NCBI RefSeq assembly: GCF_000315625.1
Contig: NW_005434625.1
Span: 327,726 to 391,725, forward strand
From: Guillardia theta CCMP2712
Taxonomy: Eukaryota > Protista > Cryptophyta
DNA length: 64,000 nt
Reading direction: 5' to 3'
Of this stretch, positions 35,123-48,616 are shown in pieces. The position numbers were made by a program, and so were the translations under genes. The notes under the pieces are model-generated. The model ran no database searches. It had not been told where the DNA came from and worked only from the letters and a program-made list of their open reading frames with translations. Position 1 is the first letter of the stretch, and every line of letters starts with the position of its first letter.

Positions 35123-37468
35123 ACTTCAGTCACAGGTGGGAGCAAGTAGTCGAGCAGCAGCTGGGAAGGATGTGGAGGCAGCATCAGCTCGGCTCCTCCC
35201 TGCAGCGATGGAGGGAGATGATGGCAGATAGGAGGAAGGGGATGGCGATCGTGAGCAGGACGCTGCTGAACGCATGTCGAGCATCTTGTTTCGTACCCCT
35301 CGACCCCCCTGACGTCTTTTCCACCTCAGCCTCTCGCTCCTTCCTCGCTCTCGCCTTGTACGCACAAGCGCGGAGGAGGAGGAGGGGGACAGCGGCGGCG
35401 GTGGGGAGGAGGAGGAGGACAAAGGTACTCAAGACAGCCTGCGGTTCGTGGTCTCTCGTACTTTTCGGTAAGCCCTTCTCAACAGAGAAAAAGAGAGGAG
35501 GAGAAGGAAGGAGAGGTAGGATAGCGAAGGGAAGGGAGGAGGAGGAGAAGGAAGATAAAGGGGAGGGACAGGGAGAGGGGAGATGCAGCAGCATGGGAAC
35601 TTGACGATGACCAGACCGGGCGGAGGAGCGAATCAAGAAGCGAGCATGCGGCATGGCCTTCCGTCACTCGATAACGTTCGTCACCGTAGGGCAATGCTGA
35701 TGCTGATCTCATGCTCAGTGCCCTGGACGAGAAGAGGATGGACACTTGCTTCGCTGCTCTCCTCGTACCCTCCTCCTCCTGTGGCCGAACCTCTTCCGCT
35801 CACGCTGAGACGCAGGATAACGCGAGGAGGATGCGGCATCTGCAGCATGTGCTAGAAGCCGCTAGTCTGTTTCCCCGCAGATTCTTGTTTTTCCGACCCG
35901 TGCAGATCTGCATACTCAACCATGCCAGCCACGTCCTGACAAGAGCGCTGGAGGTCGAGAGAGGAAGGGGGAGGAGAGGATGGGCAGAAAGGGGACGGGG
36001 AAGAGAGGAGAGGCATGGAAAACAAAGCAGCAGCAGCTGCTGCTGCTGCAAGTGGGCCAAGGTCTGAGGGGCGCGCAGGTTTGGTTGAGTTTTCTGCATC
36101 GTCAACGAGCCATGAGGGAGTCGATGAGAAGGACTTTACACGTATGCAGGAAGGTGAGGCGACGGAGGAGGAGGAGGAAGAGAAGGAGAGAAATCAGGCA
36201 TGCGCGTGCAGGTGGAGGATGTCACGATCAGGGCTCTAGCACAGTCTCGGTCTCGTCGTCTCCTCCTCTCTTCCCTTCAGGTTCCTCTTGACCGTCTTGG
36301 CCGCGTCTCATCCCTTCCCTCAGACTTGGACGAGACTCTCTACTCCCCGCTGGAAAACTGTGAAGAGGTCACGACACTCAAGACCTCTCCTTGCCTTCCT
36401 GCCTCCTGCCCCTTCACCTCTCTTCCTTCTTCATTCCTCCCCTCCTCTCCTCTCCTCTCCTCTCCTCTCCTCTCCTCTCCTCTCCTCTCCTCTCCTCTCC
36501 TCTCCTCTCCTCTCCTCATCTTCAGGGCTACATTTCCCTCCTCTTCCTCGATCCTCATTGTCTGCAGGCTGCTCGTCGCCTTACACAAGCTGCTCTCGCG
36601 CTCCCCTCAGCTGGTACCCCAGCAGATCTGTGCTACCCAGCCTCCTGAGTTCCCAGCAGGACGACGAGGAGACCAGGAGGGTCGTCAAAAGTTTACACGT
36701 CGACGGCTGTCTCTCTGCGGCTTCTCCTCACCCTGTCGCAGCTTATGAGCCTCGACGCTGTCGTCGTCGAGTTGGAGAAGCTATGCAGCAGGGCCAGCAG
36801 AGCTGAGAAGTGCCCACATCCCCCCCTCCTCGACTTTCATCTCATGCCTGTAGCAGGAAGCCGAACGGGCTGGTGCCTAGGGAGCAGGGCGGCAGGAGCG
36901 GGGAGGGAAGGGGAGACGAGCAGAAGAGGAGGTGGGAGGAGAGCGACCGGAGGACGCGGCTGCTGCTGGAGGTGGACGACCTGCTGCTGTCCCCCATCAC
37001 TGAGCAGGAAGAGTTAAGCTCCGCTCCTGGCGGCGGTGAGACCGCTTGTGAGTTGATGGAATCTGACGGTGATACAGCGGTGGCCGCTGGAGGGTATACT
37101 AAGGAGAAGAAGAAAGCGGAGGAGGAGGAGGAGGAGGAGGAGGAGGAGGAGGAGGAGGAGGAGGAGGAGGAGGAAGAGGAGGAGGAGGAGGAAGAGGAGG
37201 AGGAAAAGTGGGAGATGGAGGGAAAAAACGAGACAGAGCCATTCGTGGACTATGAGGATATAGAGAGACGAGAAGCTGTCAAGGCGAAGCTAAGGCAAGT
37301 TTACCGTTGGAAGCCCTCGGAGGTAAGGGAGTCTAGGAAGCACTGGGAGCACATGCAGAGGAGCAGCAAACTCGGAGGAGCCGAGAGGGGACAGGAACAG
37401 AGAGGACGGGAGGAAAGAATAGGGCAGCAGCGAAGGTGGAGAGGGGAGGGAGAGAGTAGGAGTAGAAT

Positions 37469-37509
<41 letters not shown>

Positions 37510-37772
37510 AGACTGATAAGAGGCTCCCTCAGGTGGTCTCATGGGTTGGGCAACAAGATCTCTCGCGAGGAGCAGCGAAGAAGCTGCAGGTGAGGACGAG
37601 CCTCCCCCTTGCTCCTTGTGCTCACACTCAGCAGGCCTCGTGCTGGGCCTCGGGGGTGTCAGGGGAGCGGCTGCTGTTGCTGACCGACAAGAGCCTCCGG
37701 GAGTTGGGGGTGGAGAGGGACGAGGACAGGAGCAAGGTACTGCGGGCGGTAGCAGACCTAGCAGGGCTCTAG
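32868..37772 (+). CDS. Coiled-coil protein with Sfi1-like Trp repeats and a C-terminal SAM-like domain (possibly two genes)
   Basis: 629-aa first ORF with heptads, then periodic LRAWRR/FLSWSR/FVRWLS/LLQWTS/LQTWMV. The last exons read VVSWVGQQ...GVSGERLLLLTDKSLRELGVERDEDRSKVLRAVADL, a SAM pattern. Continuity across 34757-36850 is not verified. Confidence 0.55.
35054..35121. repeat. (GCT)n trinucleotide repeat
   Basis: About 23 units, ending directly in gctgac...cag (branch point and acceptor), so probably intronic. Confidence 0.9.
37118..37203 (+). repeat. (GAG)n repeat, poly-Glu in frame
   Basis: About 28 GAG/GAA units within ORF 36810-37772. Confidence 0.9.
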
Positions 37773-37845
37773 CTGGAGATAGCAGCCCGACCCTCAGCTG
37801 GGGGCGTCAGGGTAAATCAACCTTTAAGGTACAGCTGGGAAAGTT

Positions 37846-40800
37846 CTAGTGAGTCTCGAAGAGGATCACGTCCCCCATCCTCTTCTTTGTGAAGGAGGCG
37901 GAGGCCCGTGCCTGCACGTCGACGGTGCTCTGGCGCGCAGGGTCGGTGAGGTAGGCCAGGCACTTAGTGATGTCATCAGGAAACTGACGGACATTGAGGG
38001 GCTTCTGTACCATTCCCTGCATGCCGGCCTTGAAGAAGAACTCGTCGTCCTTATCGTTGACCCCCCCACCGGTGAAGGCGATGATAGGGATGGAGGGCAG
38101 CTTCCTGCCCCCCTCGAACTCTCGGATCAGCTTCGCCGCCACGTCCCCGTCCATCATCTTCATCTTGCAGTCCATCAGGATCAGGTCGAATCTCGCAGCT
38201 CCCTCCTGCGTCGCAGACTTCTCCCGCAGCTCCACCGCCACCTTCCCATCTGACGCCGTTGTGATCTGAAGCCCACACTTCTTCAAGCAGACGCTCGCCA
38301 GCTTCGTGTTCACAGGGTCGTCGTCCACCACCAGCACGTGCTTGGTCTTCTGCCCGTAGTCCGCTTCCTCCTTGACAACCTGCGTCCTCTGAGGGACTGG
38401 TTCCTTGCTGATGGATCGTGACGGGCTCCTGCTCGACGAGCCTGCAGCTCGGACTGAGCTGGTCGAGCTGATAACCGAAGGCTCGATGATGGTTTCCAAC
38501 GGCTCCACGAAGAGACTCATACATGCGTTCATCGCCTGCCACGGCTCTCACTCACGACCACTCCATCCCTTCCTCCTCAGTCATCCCCTCCACTTCATCT
38601 TCCCTTGTTCTCCCTCCCCTCCATTCCGCCTCCTCCTCTCACCTGCTTCGTTGCTACTTGGAGCGCAGTGATGCCGTGCTCTTCAACCGTGGCTGTCCCC
38701 CAGCACTGGCGCCTAATACCTCCCTGCTCGATCTCTCCAAGAACTGCAGCCATACGATCATCGAAAATCTCCCGTACCACCACGAAGTTCCAGTTCCTCC
38801 CTAGCGAGTTGTTCGCCTTAGCCTTCAAAGTCTCCCCCTGTGGGTGAGGGACAGTGTCCTTGGAGCTCGTAGAGGAGACGCTGGCGCTGGAGTTGCCCAT
38901 CCCTTCTCCCCACTTTGTCTTCACCCCTGCGTTGCTCGGCTGGCTGGAGATGCTGGTTGCCTCCTTCCTCGCTGGGGGCGCTGCTCTCGCCTGACTTTGA
39001 CTCTCCAACGCATTTCTGTTGAGCGGCGGCTCTGAAGGAAGGAAAGTCAGCGATCAAGTATCCCCCTCTACCCATACACCAACACAGGGAGGACACAGGG
39101 AGCATGCGGAGACTAGAGGGAGAGAGGGCGAGAAGGAGAGAAAGAGTCGGTCGTGAATGAGTTCAGGCAGAAAAGCCGTCAGGCCCAGGCACGGTAAGAG
39201 CAAGGCAATCTGACTCCATCAAGGTAACAGCCAGTACCCTGAGAGGTCGACAGCATCGAGGAGCTCGGGGTCCTGACGTCCTTGGGCTGCGGCATCGGTT
39301 CTAACCTTGGAGTCGTCGACCCCTTCCAGTCTTCCCGGGAGCTATCCGAGTTCCGATCATCGTCACTCTTCTGCAGGACCTCCATCGGCAGCTCGAGTTG
39401 GAACGTGGAGCCATGGCCCAGTGTGGACCGGCAAGAAACGTCTCCTCCCATCAGCTTGGCCAGCTGCAGCCAAACAAAGGTCAGGGAGCCGCGATGGCAG
39501 GGGGGAGTCGGGCCGGGCAGTACAGGTGAGGCATGGGGGGACGAGTACAACAAGGTGAGACGAGGAAGGGAAAGGAGGAGGATTAGTAGACCTGACGGCA
39601 GATGCTCAGTCCGAGGCCGGTGCCTCCGTGGTGGCGAGTCGTCGACTTGTCGCCCTGCACGAATGGCTGGAAGAGATTCTCCTGGACTGTCTGAGGGATG
39701 CCAGGGCCCGTGTCGATGACCGAGAAGACGATGTGCCGGACCCCTCGCTTCACCGTCGTCATGTGCGTGTTGGTGTGCGCCAGCTTCTCGATCTTGAACA
39801 TCACGTGCCCGCTCATGGTGAACTTCGCCGCGTTCCATGCGAAGTTGGAGAGGATCTGTACGATCCTCGCCGGGTCGCCGACCACCATCGTTCCCTCCAT
39901 CCCGCTAGCCTCGAACTTCATCTCGAGCCCCTTGTCCTCCATCACCACTCGCACCTGCCAAGGGGGTTCAGGCCGACCTGCCAGCTTCCCCTCTGACATG
40001 CAAGGCATGACTTACCTGGCTCATGACCGTGTAGATGATGCTCAGGGGATCGAAGGTTGAGTGCTGGATCTCAAGGTTGCCCTCCTCGATGTTGGACAAG
40101 TCCAGCACGTCATCAACGATCCTCCTCAGCTGTAGGCAGCACTGCTGGGTTGTCTGCAGGAGCTCAGCCTGCTCAGTGTTCAGCTGGGTCTCCTCCAGGA
40201 AGGTGATGTAGCCGATGACGCCGTTGAGAGGGTTGCGGATCTCGTGACAGAGAAAGCTCATCTGCTGTGTCTTGGCGGCAGATGCAGCTTCTGCGGCCAG
40301 GCAGACCCTGTTGGTCATCTCCAGGGTCTTTCTCTCCGTGATGTCTTGCGCGATGAAGATCACCCCGATCGGCTTCTCATCTGTGTGCTGCTTCCTGCAG
40401 GCAGCGGAGACGAGAAGGTCTACCAGCGTGCCTCTAGCATTCCTGCATGCAAGCTCAAGGTGGATCGTCTCGGAGGAGCTGAGGGCTCTGGACGAGACCA
40501 TCTCCAGTTTCACTTGCATGGACTCGGAGTTCTCCACGTGCTGGAGCTTCCCTCCGAAGATCTCCCCGACCAGCTGCTTGCCCATGGCCTCCTCCGCCTC
40601 GATGCCGGAGATCTCCACCATGGCTGCATTCCAGTTGTTGATCTTTCCCACCGTGTCGATGCCGAAGATGGGAGCAGCAGCGTTGGCAAACAACCGGCAG
40701 TAGTCCTCCGCAATCTTCTGCACCTTGTTGATCGCCTCCTTCGTCTCAGTGATGTCTTGACCGATGAAGACAACGCCATCGATCTGGCCATCAACGTCTC

Positions 40801-42993
40801 TCCTTGCCGTGCTGTTCAGCAGAAGCTCCACCAGCTGGTCGCTCACTTGCGAGTAGATCCCGAGCTCAAACTTGTTAGTCGCCTCCGAATTCATTACTGT
40901 CGAGACGATTGTCTTGATGACGGAATGATAGCTGGGAGGACAGAATTCCTCAATGGAGTGACCTTTTGCGGCTTCGGAGGACATCCCCGATAGTTTTTCA
41001 CACCTCTTATTCCATTGGGTGATTTTGCCTGTCAGGTCGATGCTGAAGATGGGGGCGTTGGCATTCTCGAGCAACTTCGCCAGCTCGCTTGCCATCGCTG
41101 CACAATCGCTGCGGCTCTTCACTCTCTCTGCGTTGATGCGAATGAGAGTGGAGCTCGTTTCCATCCTCGTGCACACATCATTCACAAGGTCAGCGATAGC
41201 AAGTGCCGCCTGCTTGTCGACTTTAGTCCATGGCCTGCACTGAAGCTTGTTGATCTTGTCGAAGGCAGCGAAAGAGGCTCTCGGGCCCATGGAATTCAGC
41301 TCATCGTCATCGGGAGGGGCTCCAGCATACGTCACAGTGTTGCGAAACTCAGGCCTGAACCAGATCATGAAGCCATTGTTGATAGGAACGCACAAGACGC
41401 CAGACACAATATTAGCGAGCGCCTCAATGTTCGGAAGCACGATACTGATGTTTTCCACCGTGATGGTCCCCAGTGAATCTCTCAAGGGCAGCACAGCCGT
41501 CAAGATCCTTCGAATCATCTCGGTGCTAGGCACCTTCCCCACCGTGAAGATGTGATTTTCCAAAATGATTGCTCCACCTTCAGCATGAGCGATCAAGGAG
41601 CACATGTTGATGCCTGATTCCACTAGTCCTCTCACCCTCTCGATGGAGCTGTACTTGTTCATCTTCTCGCACAAGCTCCAATGTAGATTCGTCGTTATCT
41701 CTAACTGTGTTCGCTCATTCATCTCGAAAATTGATCCAAGCCGGGCAGCCAGCGCTTGACTCAGGAATTCCGCTGCAATCCTGACTTGAAAGGGAATATA
41801 ACAAGTGTCAGAGTAATGGTGGCATGCAAACAAGCCCCAAAGTTCTTTGTTGACGATAATGGCCACGACGAAGGAAGATCTTACGCCCATGTTCGCAAGA
41901 TATTCAAGATGGCAAGGGTGTGCCTGGCGCAAACAGCTCTTGACAAGGCAAATATCTTTCGCGCATACAGCATCATCCAGGCAGTATATGTCATCGCCCC
42001 TGTGATTTACATCGAACACTACCCTGGTTCGGTTGGCTTTGAACAGTTCTCGGTTGATTTGGGGAATATCTGTAGCAGGGTAATGCAGCCCATGTAGGGA
42101 GTCAGCAACAGTTTCCTTCTTACACTCTTCAACAACTTCCCCATGCATGTCCTCGTGGAATTTGTAGATCATCACACGATCAATCTCTGTTATCCTTTGA
42201 ACCTCCTTCACAGCGATTGATAGCAACTCTTCAACTGAATCGCTTTCTTGCATGAGTTCCACTGCGTTCCGTACTAATTGGTGCGCTTGCCACATCCCTT
42301 CAACAGAATTCTTATCTGCTGCCTCCACATCGAACAACACCCCATCTTCTTCATCCCCAATCTTAGCTTCATTGACCATCACACTTACCTACATCATAGA
42401 TGTTGTTACATGCCCTTTCAACCACCAAATAAATTTTCATACCTTAGTTTTTGATTCTTGCCCATTGCGAACGGAAAAGAGAAAAGGATTTGACATGGGG
42501 CTAGGTGGCCCCTTGAGAATTTTATCCACCTTTTCTGTTTCCTCAAAAATTTCGCTCACATGACGCCCAATAACCTAAGGGAAGTCGTCAATACCTGTGT
42601 ACTTCTGCAATCCAACACAAATCTCACCTCACTGAAAGGTATGTGAAGCAATTGTTCCGTATTCTGACTGCAAGCAACAATCTTCCCGGTCTCCGGCTGT
42701 GTGATGAGTATGAGATGATGCTCTCAAAAACAACACTGGGAGGTACCTTTATGGTCAACAGAACACCGAACTTCTGAACCTGGGGCAGACATCATGCACA
42801 TCGAACAATACTACAAACCCCGACCTTCCCACAATTCGTGATTCTGTGATGGTAGTACCCTATCTCTTCTTCATTTAACTAAGTGAAAAACCGATCAGTT
42901 CACCCATTCCCTCATACCTTCACTTACATTTTGTTGGAAAGTATTCACAGAATCACGAACATAGTCGTATGCATCGGAGCCTGCAAATGACAT
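37846..42993 (-). CDS. PHY: Phytochrome: PAS-GAF-PHY-PAS-PAS-histidine kinase-receiver (multi-exon)
   Basis: N-terminal exons [11 protein letters not shown]...[11 protein letters not shown]|[11 protein letters not shown]|[15 protein letters not shown]: [47 protein letters not shown] tongue: MGPRASF. Two PAS repeats ([20 protein letters not shown]). H-box [10 protein letters not shown]; N-box [14 protein letters not shown]; G1 DTGPGI; G2 [13 protein letters not shown]: VLVVDDD...LILMDCKM...KP. Confidence 0.95.
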
Positions 42994-44345
42994 TTCAGAA
43001 GAAAACATCTTAATCAAGCCGTTTGCTCTACCAATGGATGTATCTTTTCCCGCAGATATCTGTTCATTCCTCAAGTCGAACGCCTTGCTGTTGTGGGAAG
43101 TTATTGAGTATCAGCCTACATTATCGAAAGAGGATAGAGAAATAAACAACAAACACAATCGCAGATATAACCATAACAACATCGATCTCTTTGTACCTAC
43201 AAGTCTCTATGACATACACGCGATGACACGGTCAGACAACCTCTACCTGACACAAGGGTGTGCAAAGGAAACACATACAGCGACTTCAGGAAGGAGCAGA
43301 ATGCTCTAGAACAAGGCGATGATCTATGTAGAGCATGATATACTCACTGTAGGATAGCATCTCTGACTCGCTGCTGCAGCGCCTGCGTCCGACGATCCAT
43401 CGACTGTGGCAACCCGCGCTGCGGCATTGCGAAGTGCGAGGAATGCTGCAGGTAGGGGTAGGGTGAAGAATGAGGAGTTAAAAGGGGGTAGGGGTAAGCG
43501 AATAACCCATTCGAGAATGGAAGATGTCGGGCTTTTTAGGCTTTTATTAGGGTCATCAGCTTTTAAAAGGGGGCAAGGGGTGGGGTACTTCATACCTGTT
43601 TTTTGGGCGTGAGGAGGGGTAGGGTGGTATAGATCATGATGGTACCCGTGATGGGGTTTATAGGTCAAGCAGGAAGATGAATCCTAGTAGGTAGGGTGCT
43701 AGAATGAAGGGTAAGGTTGATGTAGTTTCGTGTTCGAGCATAGGGTGGGGTACCGAACTGTGTAACAAGATCCTCCGCCTTGCCTGATAAAGGTGGGGTG
43801 GGTCCAAACGGAATTAGGTGGTAGGGTAGAGATCAATGGGGTTCGTAAGTTGCAGGGTCAGGGGGGTATAATATCGAAAGAGAGTGATTTCGAAGTAGAT
43901 TTAAGTTATACAACCGATTAGAGCAGCCAGTCCATTCCTAACCAGTCAGCCATGTGACCCATAGCGTGACAATTTCAAAATTTGAAAAGCATTTATCTCA
44001 AATATTACCTATCACAATTCACTTTTCCCACGAGATCTTCAGAATATCCAAAAGGCCCACGAAAGATGCGGGGTGGGCGGCCTTGAATAACTGTTTTAGA
44101 ACCACCCCTTAAGTCCTGTACCCCCCCTTCTACTCAGACTAGGAGTGCTTTTGCTACCCCCCCCTGGTCACACCACCGGTATTGTCCTCCTGAAAAAGAT
44201 TCAAGGGTAACTTATAGTAAAATGCTGAGCTTTTAAAAGGTTTGGCTGTCACACAACACACCGTTACACAAGGCGTTGTGAAAACGTTACAGAACCGTTG
44301 CGATCCTGTGGTGTTTGCGATGGGCAGGGGTTCCGTGGAAATTTC

Positions 44346-45008
44346 ATGATGGAGGAGGCGGAGAGAAAACTGAAGGAGAAGGAGGAGGAGCTGGGGAGGC
44401 TGAGATCAGAGTTCGATGAATTCGTTGAAAGCAGCAAAGAGCTGGAGCAGGCGATGGAGGAAGAGCTCAAGTCCAAGGACACGGAGATGCGAAAGCTCGC
44501 AACCAGGCTGGAGAGCGAGAGTAAGGAAAAGAAGCTTCTGCAGGAGAAATGGAACAAGGCAGAGGCAGAAAGGCTCGATCAGATAACTTCCCTTCAAAAG
44601 CAGATTGATGCCCTTAAATGTAACGAGGAATCCCTCAAAGGGAAGAATGCACGACTGGAGATCGACAATGAGGAGCTGCAAGCGCGGGATAGGAGGATGG
44701 AGTCTGAGGTCATGGTTCTTCAGACCAAACTGGACAATGCTCTTGAAAAGTATGTACAAGAACAGATGTGGAGTATGTCTGTCTCCTTGACATGGGTTGC
44801 AGGATTGCATTCCTGGAACAAGACCAGGAAGACATGACCTCGACCCTCAAGGAGACGAACCAGAGGCTGTTGGACGAGATACGTGACTTGAAGGCAGAGA
44901 TTGTTGCACTGAGAAGCCCTGCAAGGACATGTGAGTGAAGTTTGCTGATGGCTGGGCTATCACGGACGATGTCCAGATCCTTTCAAAGGAATACGAGATA
45001 GCATGTAA
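44346..45008 (+). CDS. NUDE: NudE/NDE1/NDEL1-like dynein-LIS1 regulator (coiled-coil only)
   Basis: EFDEFVESSKELEQAMEEEL, LEIDNEELQARDR and IAFLEQDQE...NQRLLDEIRDLKAEI match the NudE coiled coil (EFQE.S.E.EAELE; LEQ.NDDLER; AFLESEL...QRLKDEARDL). Two short introns. Confidence 0.85.
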
Positions 45009-45149
45009 TGTGTGTTGATTGGAATTGAAATTGTGGATATCGAATTATTTTTCATGTGTTGCAAAGTAACAAGAGAGATCTCGATTTCGAACATAATAAA
45101 AATTTTCATATAAGAGGGACAATGGAAAACACTAACTAACATGTAGAGT

Positions 45150-47086
<1,937 letters not shown>

Positions 47087-48616
47087 GCCGCATCCCTTCC
47101 ACCATTGTCAATCCCTTTCCAACACCCCGTTCTACCCTACCCTCATATGGGTTCCATCTAGCTTTCTGTACCCCTACCCAACAACATCCACTACCCTCCC
47201 TGATAATTCACCACGAATTGTATACGTTTGAAGGGGACATGAAAAGTACCCACCGTACGCCAGTCCTCCCACCACCCCGACTAATTATACCACCCCCCTC
47301 AGGGTTTCATGTCCCCAGCCTGCCTGCCAAACAAGATTCTTGAGGCCAGGTATAAAACGATGATTTAATTATACAATATTATAGATATCAAACTGTACCA
47401 ACGAACTTTTGATTTTTTTACATCCGGTCGTTTCCGATGTATCTCCTTCCCTGTCGATATATGTTTTTTGTTCGAGGAATCTGGTACAAATTCCTTTCTA
47501 TAAAAACTATTAAAAATATTTAATAAGTGGCCTTTTAAGTTGGACACAGCGTCCCTCGACTGCTGCCTCGCGAGATGCGATATCTGAAACCTAATTGAGA
47601 TTATACTGACCTCTCTCTCTACACTGAGGCGGGCTTGTTTTAAGCACCCCCGAAATATTTGAAAATCACTTCTTAAATTTTGAATTATGGTTTTCATTCC
47701 TCAAAAGTTTACTCAACCTGTGGTCAGTTCTTGCATCTACAATCAGCATTTCAGTCAACATTTCCAACCTTCCACCCACCCCTACCACTGCCACATGTTG
47801 GTCTCTACCATCCACCCCATGACTTTGTTTGGATAGAACTTGCACCCCTGCTTTCTCTTCCACTACCCTTCTACCTAATGATTCAAATCGAAGTACCCCT
47901 CCTCTGACAATATCCACCCGTACAAATTAAGGAAGTTTATAGTCGTGTGGTCATCTAGTCAGACTACCTACCCCTATTTCTATAGAGAACCTTTTCATCA
48001 CCCTCCTTGAAGATACCCACCCATCAATTTCAGTCTTTTTCTTCACCCTACCCCCCCATTGCCCAGAGTGATCCACCCTAGCTTCAACATTCAAGAACCA
48101 ACCCATAACCCCACCCCATCATTTTCTGCTAAAACCACCCGTAGTCAGAGATATTATTCCCTGCCGATGCTTCTCCGTGCCAGCAACGCAACGATGAGCC
48201 GCTGCTGGACAGCCATGGCAGAGAAACAAACTGACGATGAACTCATGACAACGACATTCAATGGAGTGTTACTTACACGTGCTCATGGCTCACCAATAAG
48301 ACAAGCTCGCATTTAACCCAACTTGAACTGTTTGTTTGGTACTGTTGCAAAGGCCATGTCCCGTGTGACTTCCTGTCAAATGCTGTCTCGTGTTCCCACG
48401 AGTACGATGCGAACATAGGCAGATCTTGAAAGTGAGATGATTTTGTTCGTTTCCTTTACCTATTATTGTCCATGACTCAACTCGAAATCGATGCAATCAA
48501 AAGAACTTTCCTGATTCTATGATGTCGCCGGTTGCTTTTTTCATGCCATCTGATCTCTACTTGCAGCTCTTCGACTTGATTACCTCCATGCAAGACTAAG
48601 CACCGATTGATCGGAG

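Noticed and set aside
42820-42860. N-terminal Cys (RITNCGK) as a bacteriophytochrome-type biliverdin attachment site
   Set aside because: Its spacing to the Q.FG motif does not match the BphP Cys, and the canonical GAF Cys (HPCH) is present.
47340-47720. AT-rich segment as an organellar insert or transposon end (weakly like 43960-44110)
   Set aside because: No recognisable gene, terminal repeat or convincing alignment by eye.
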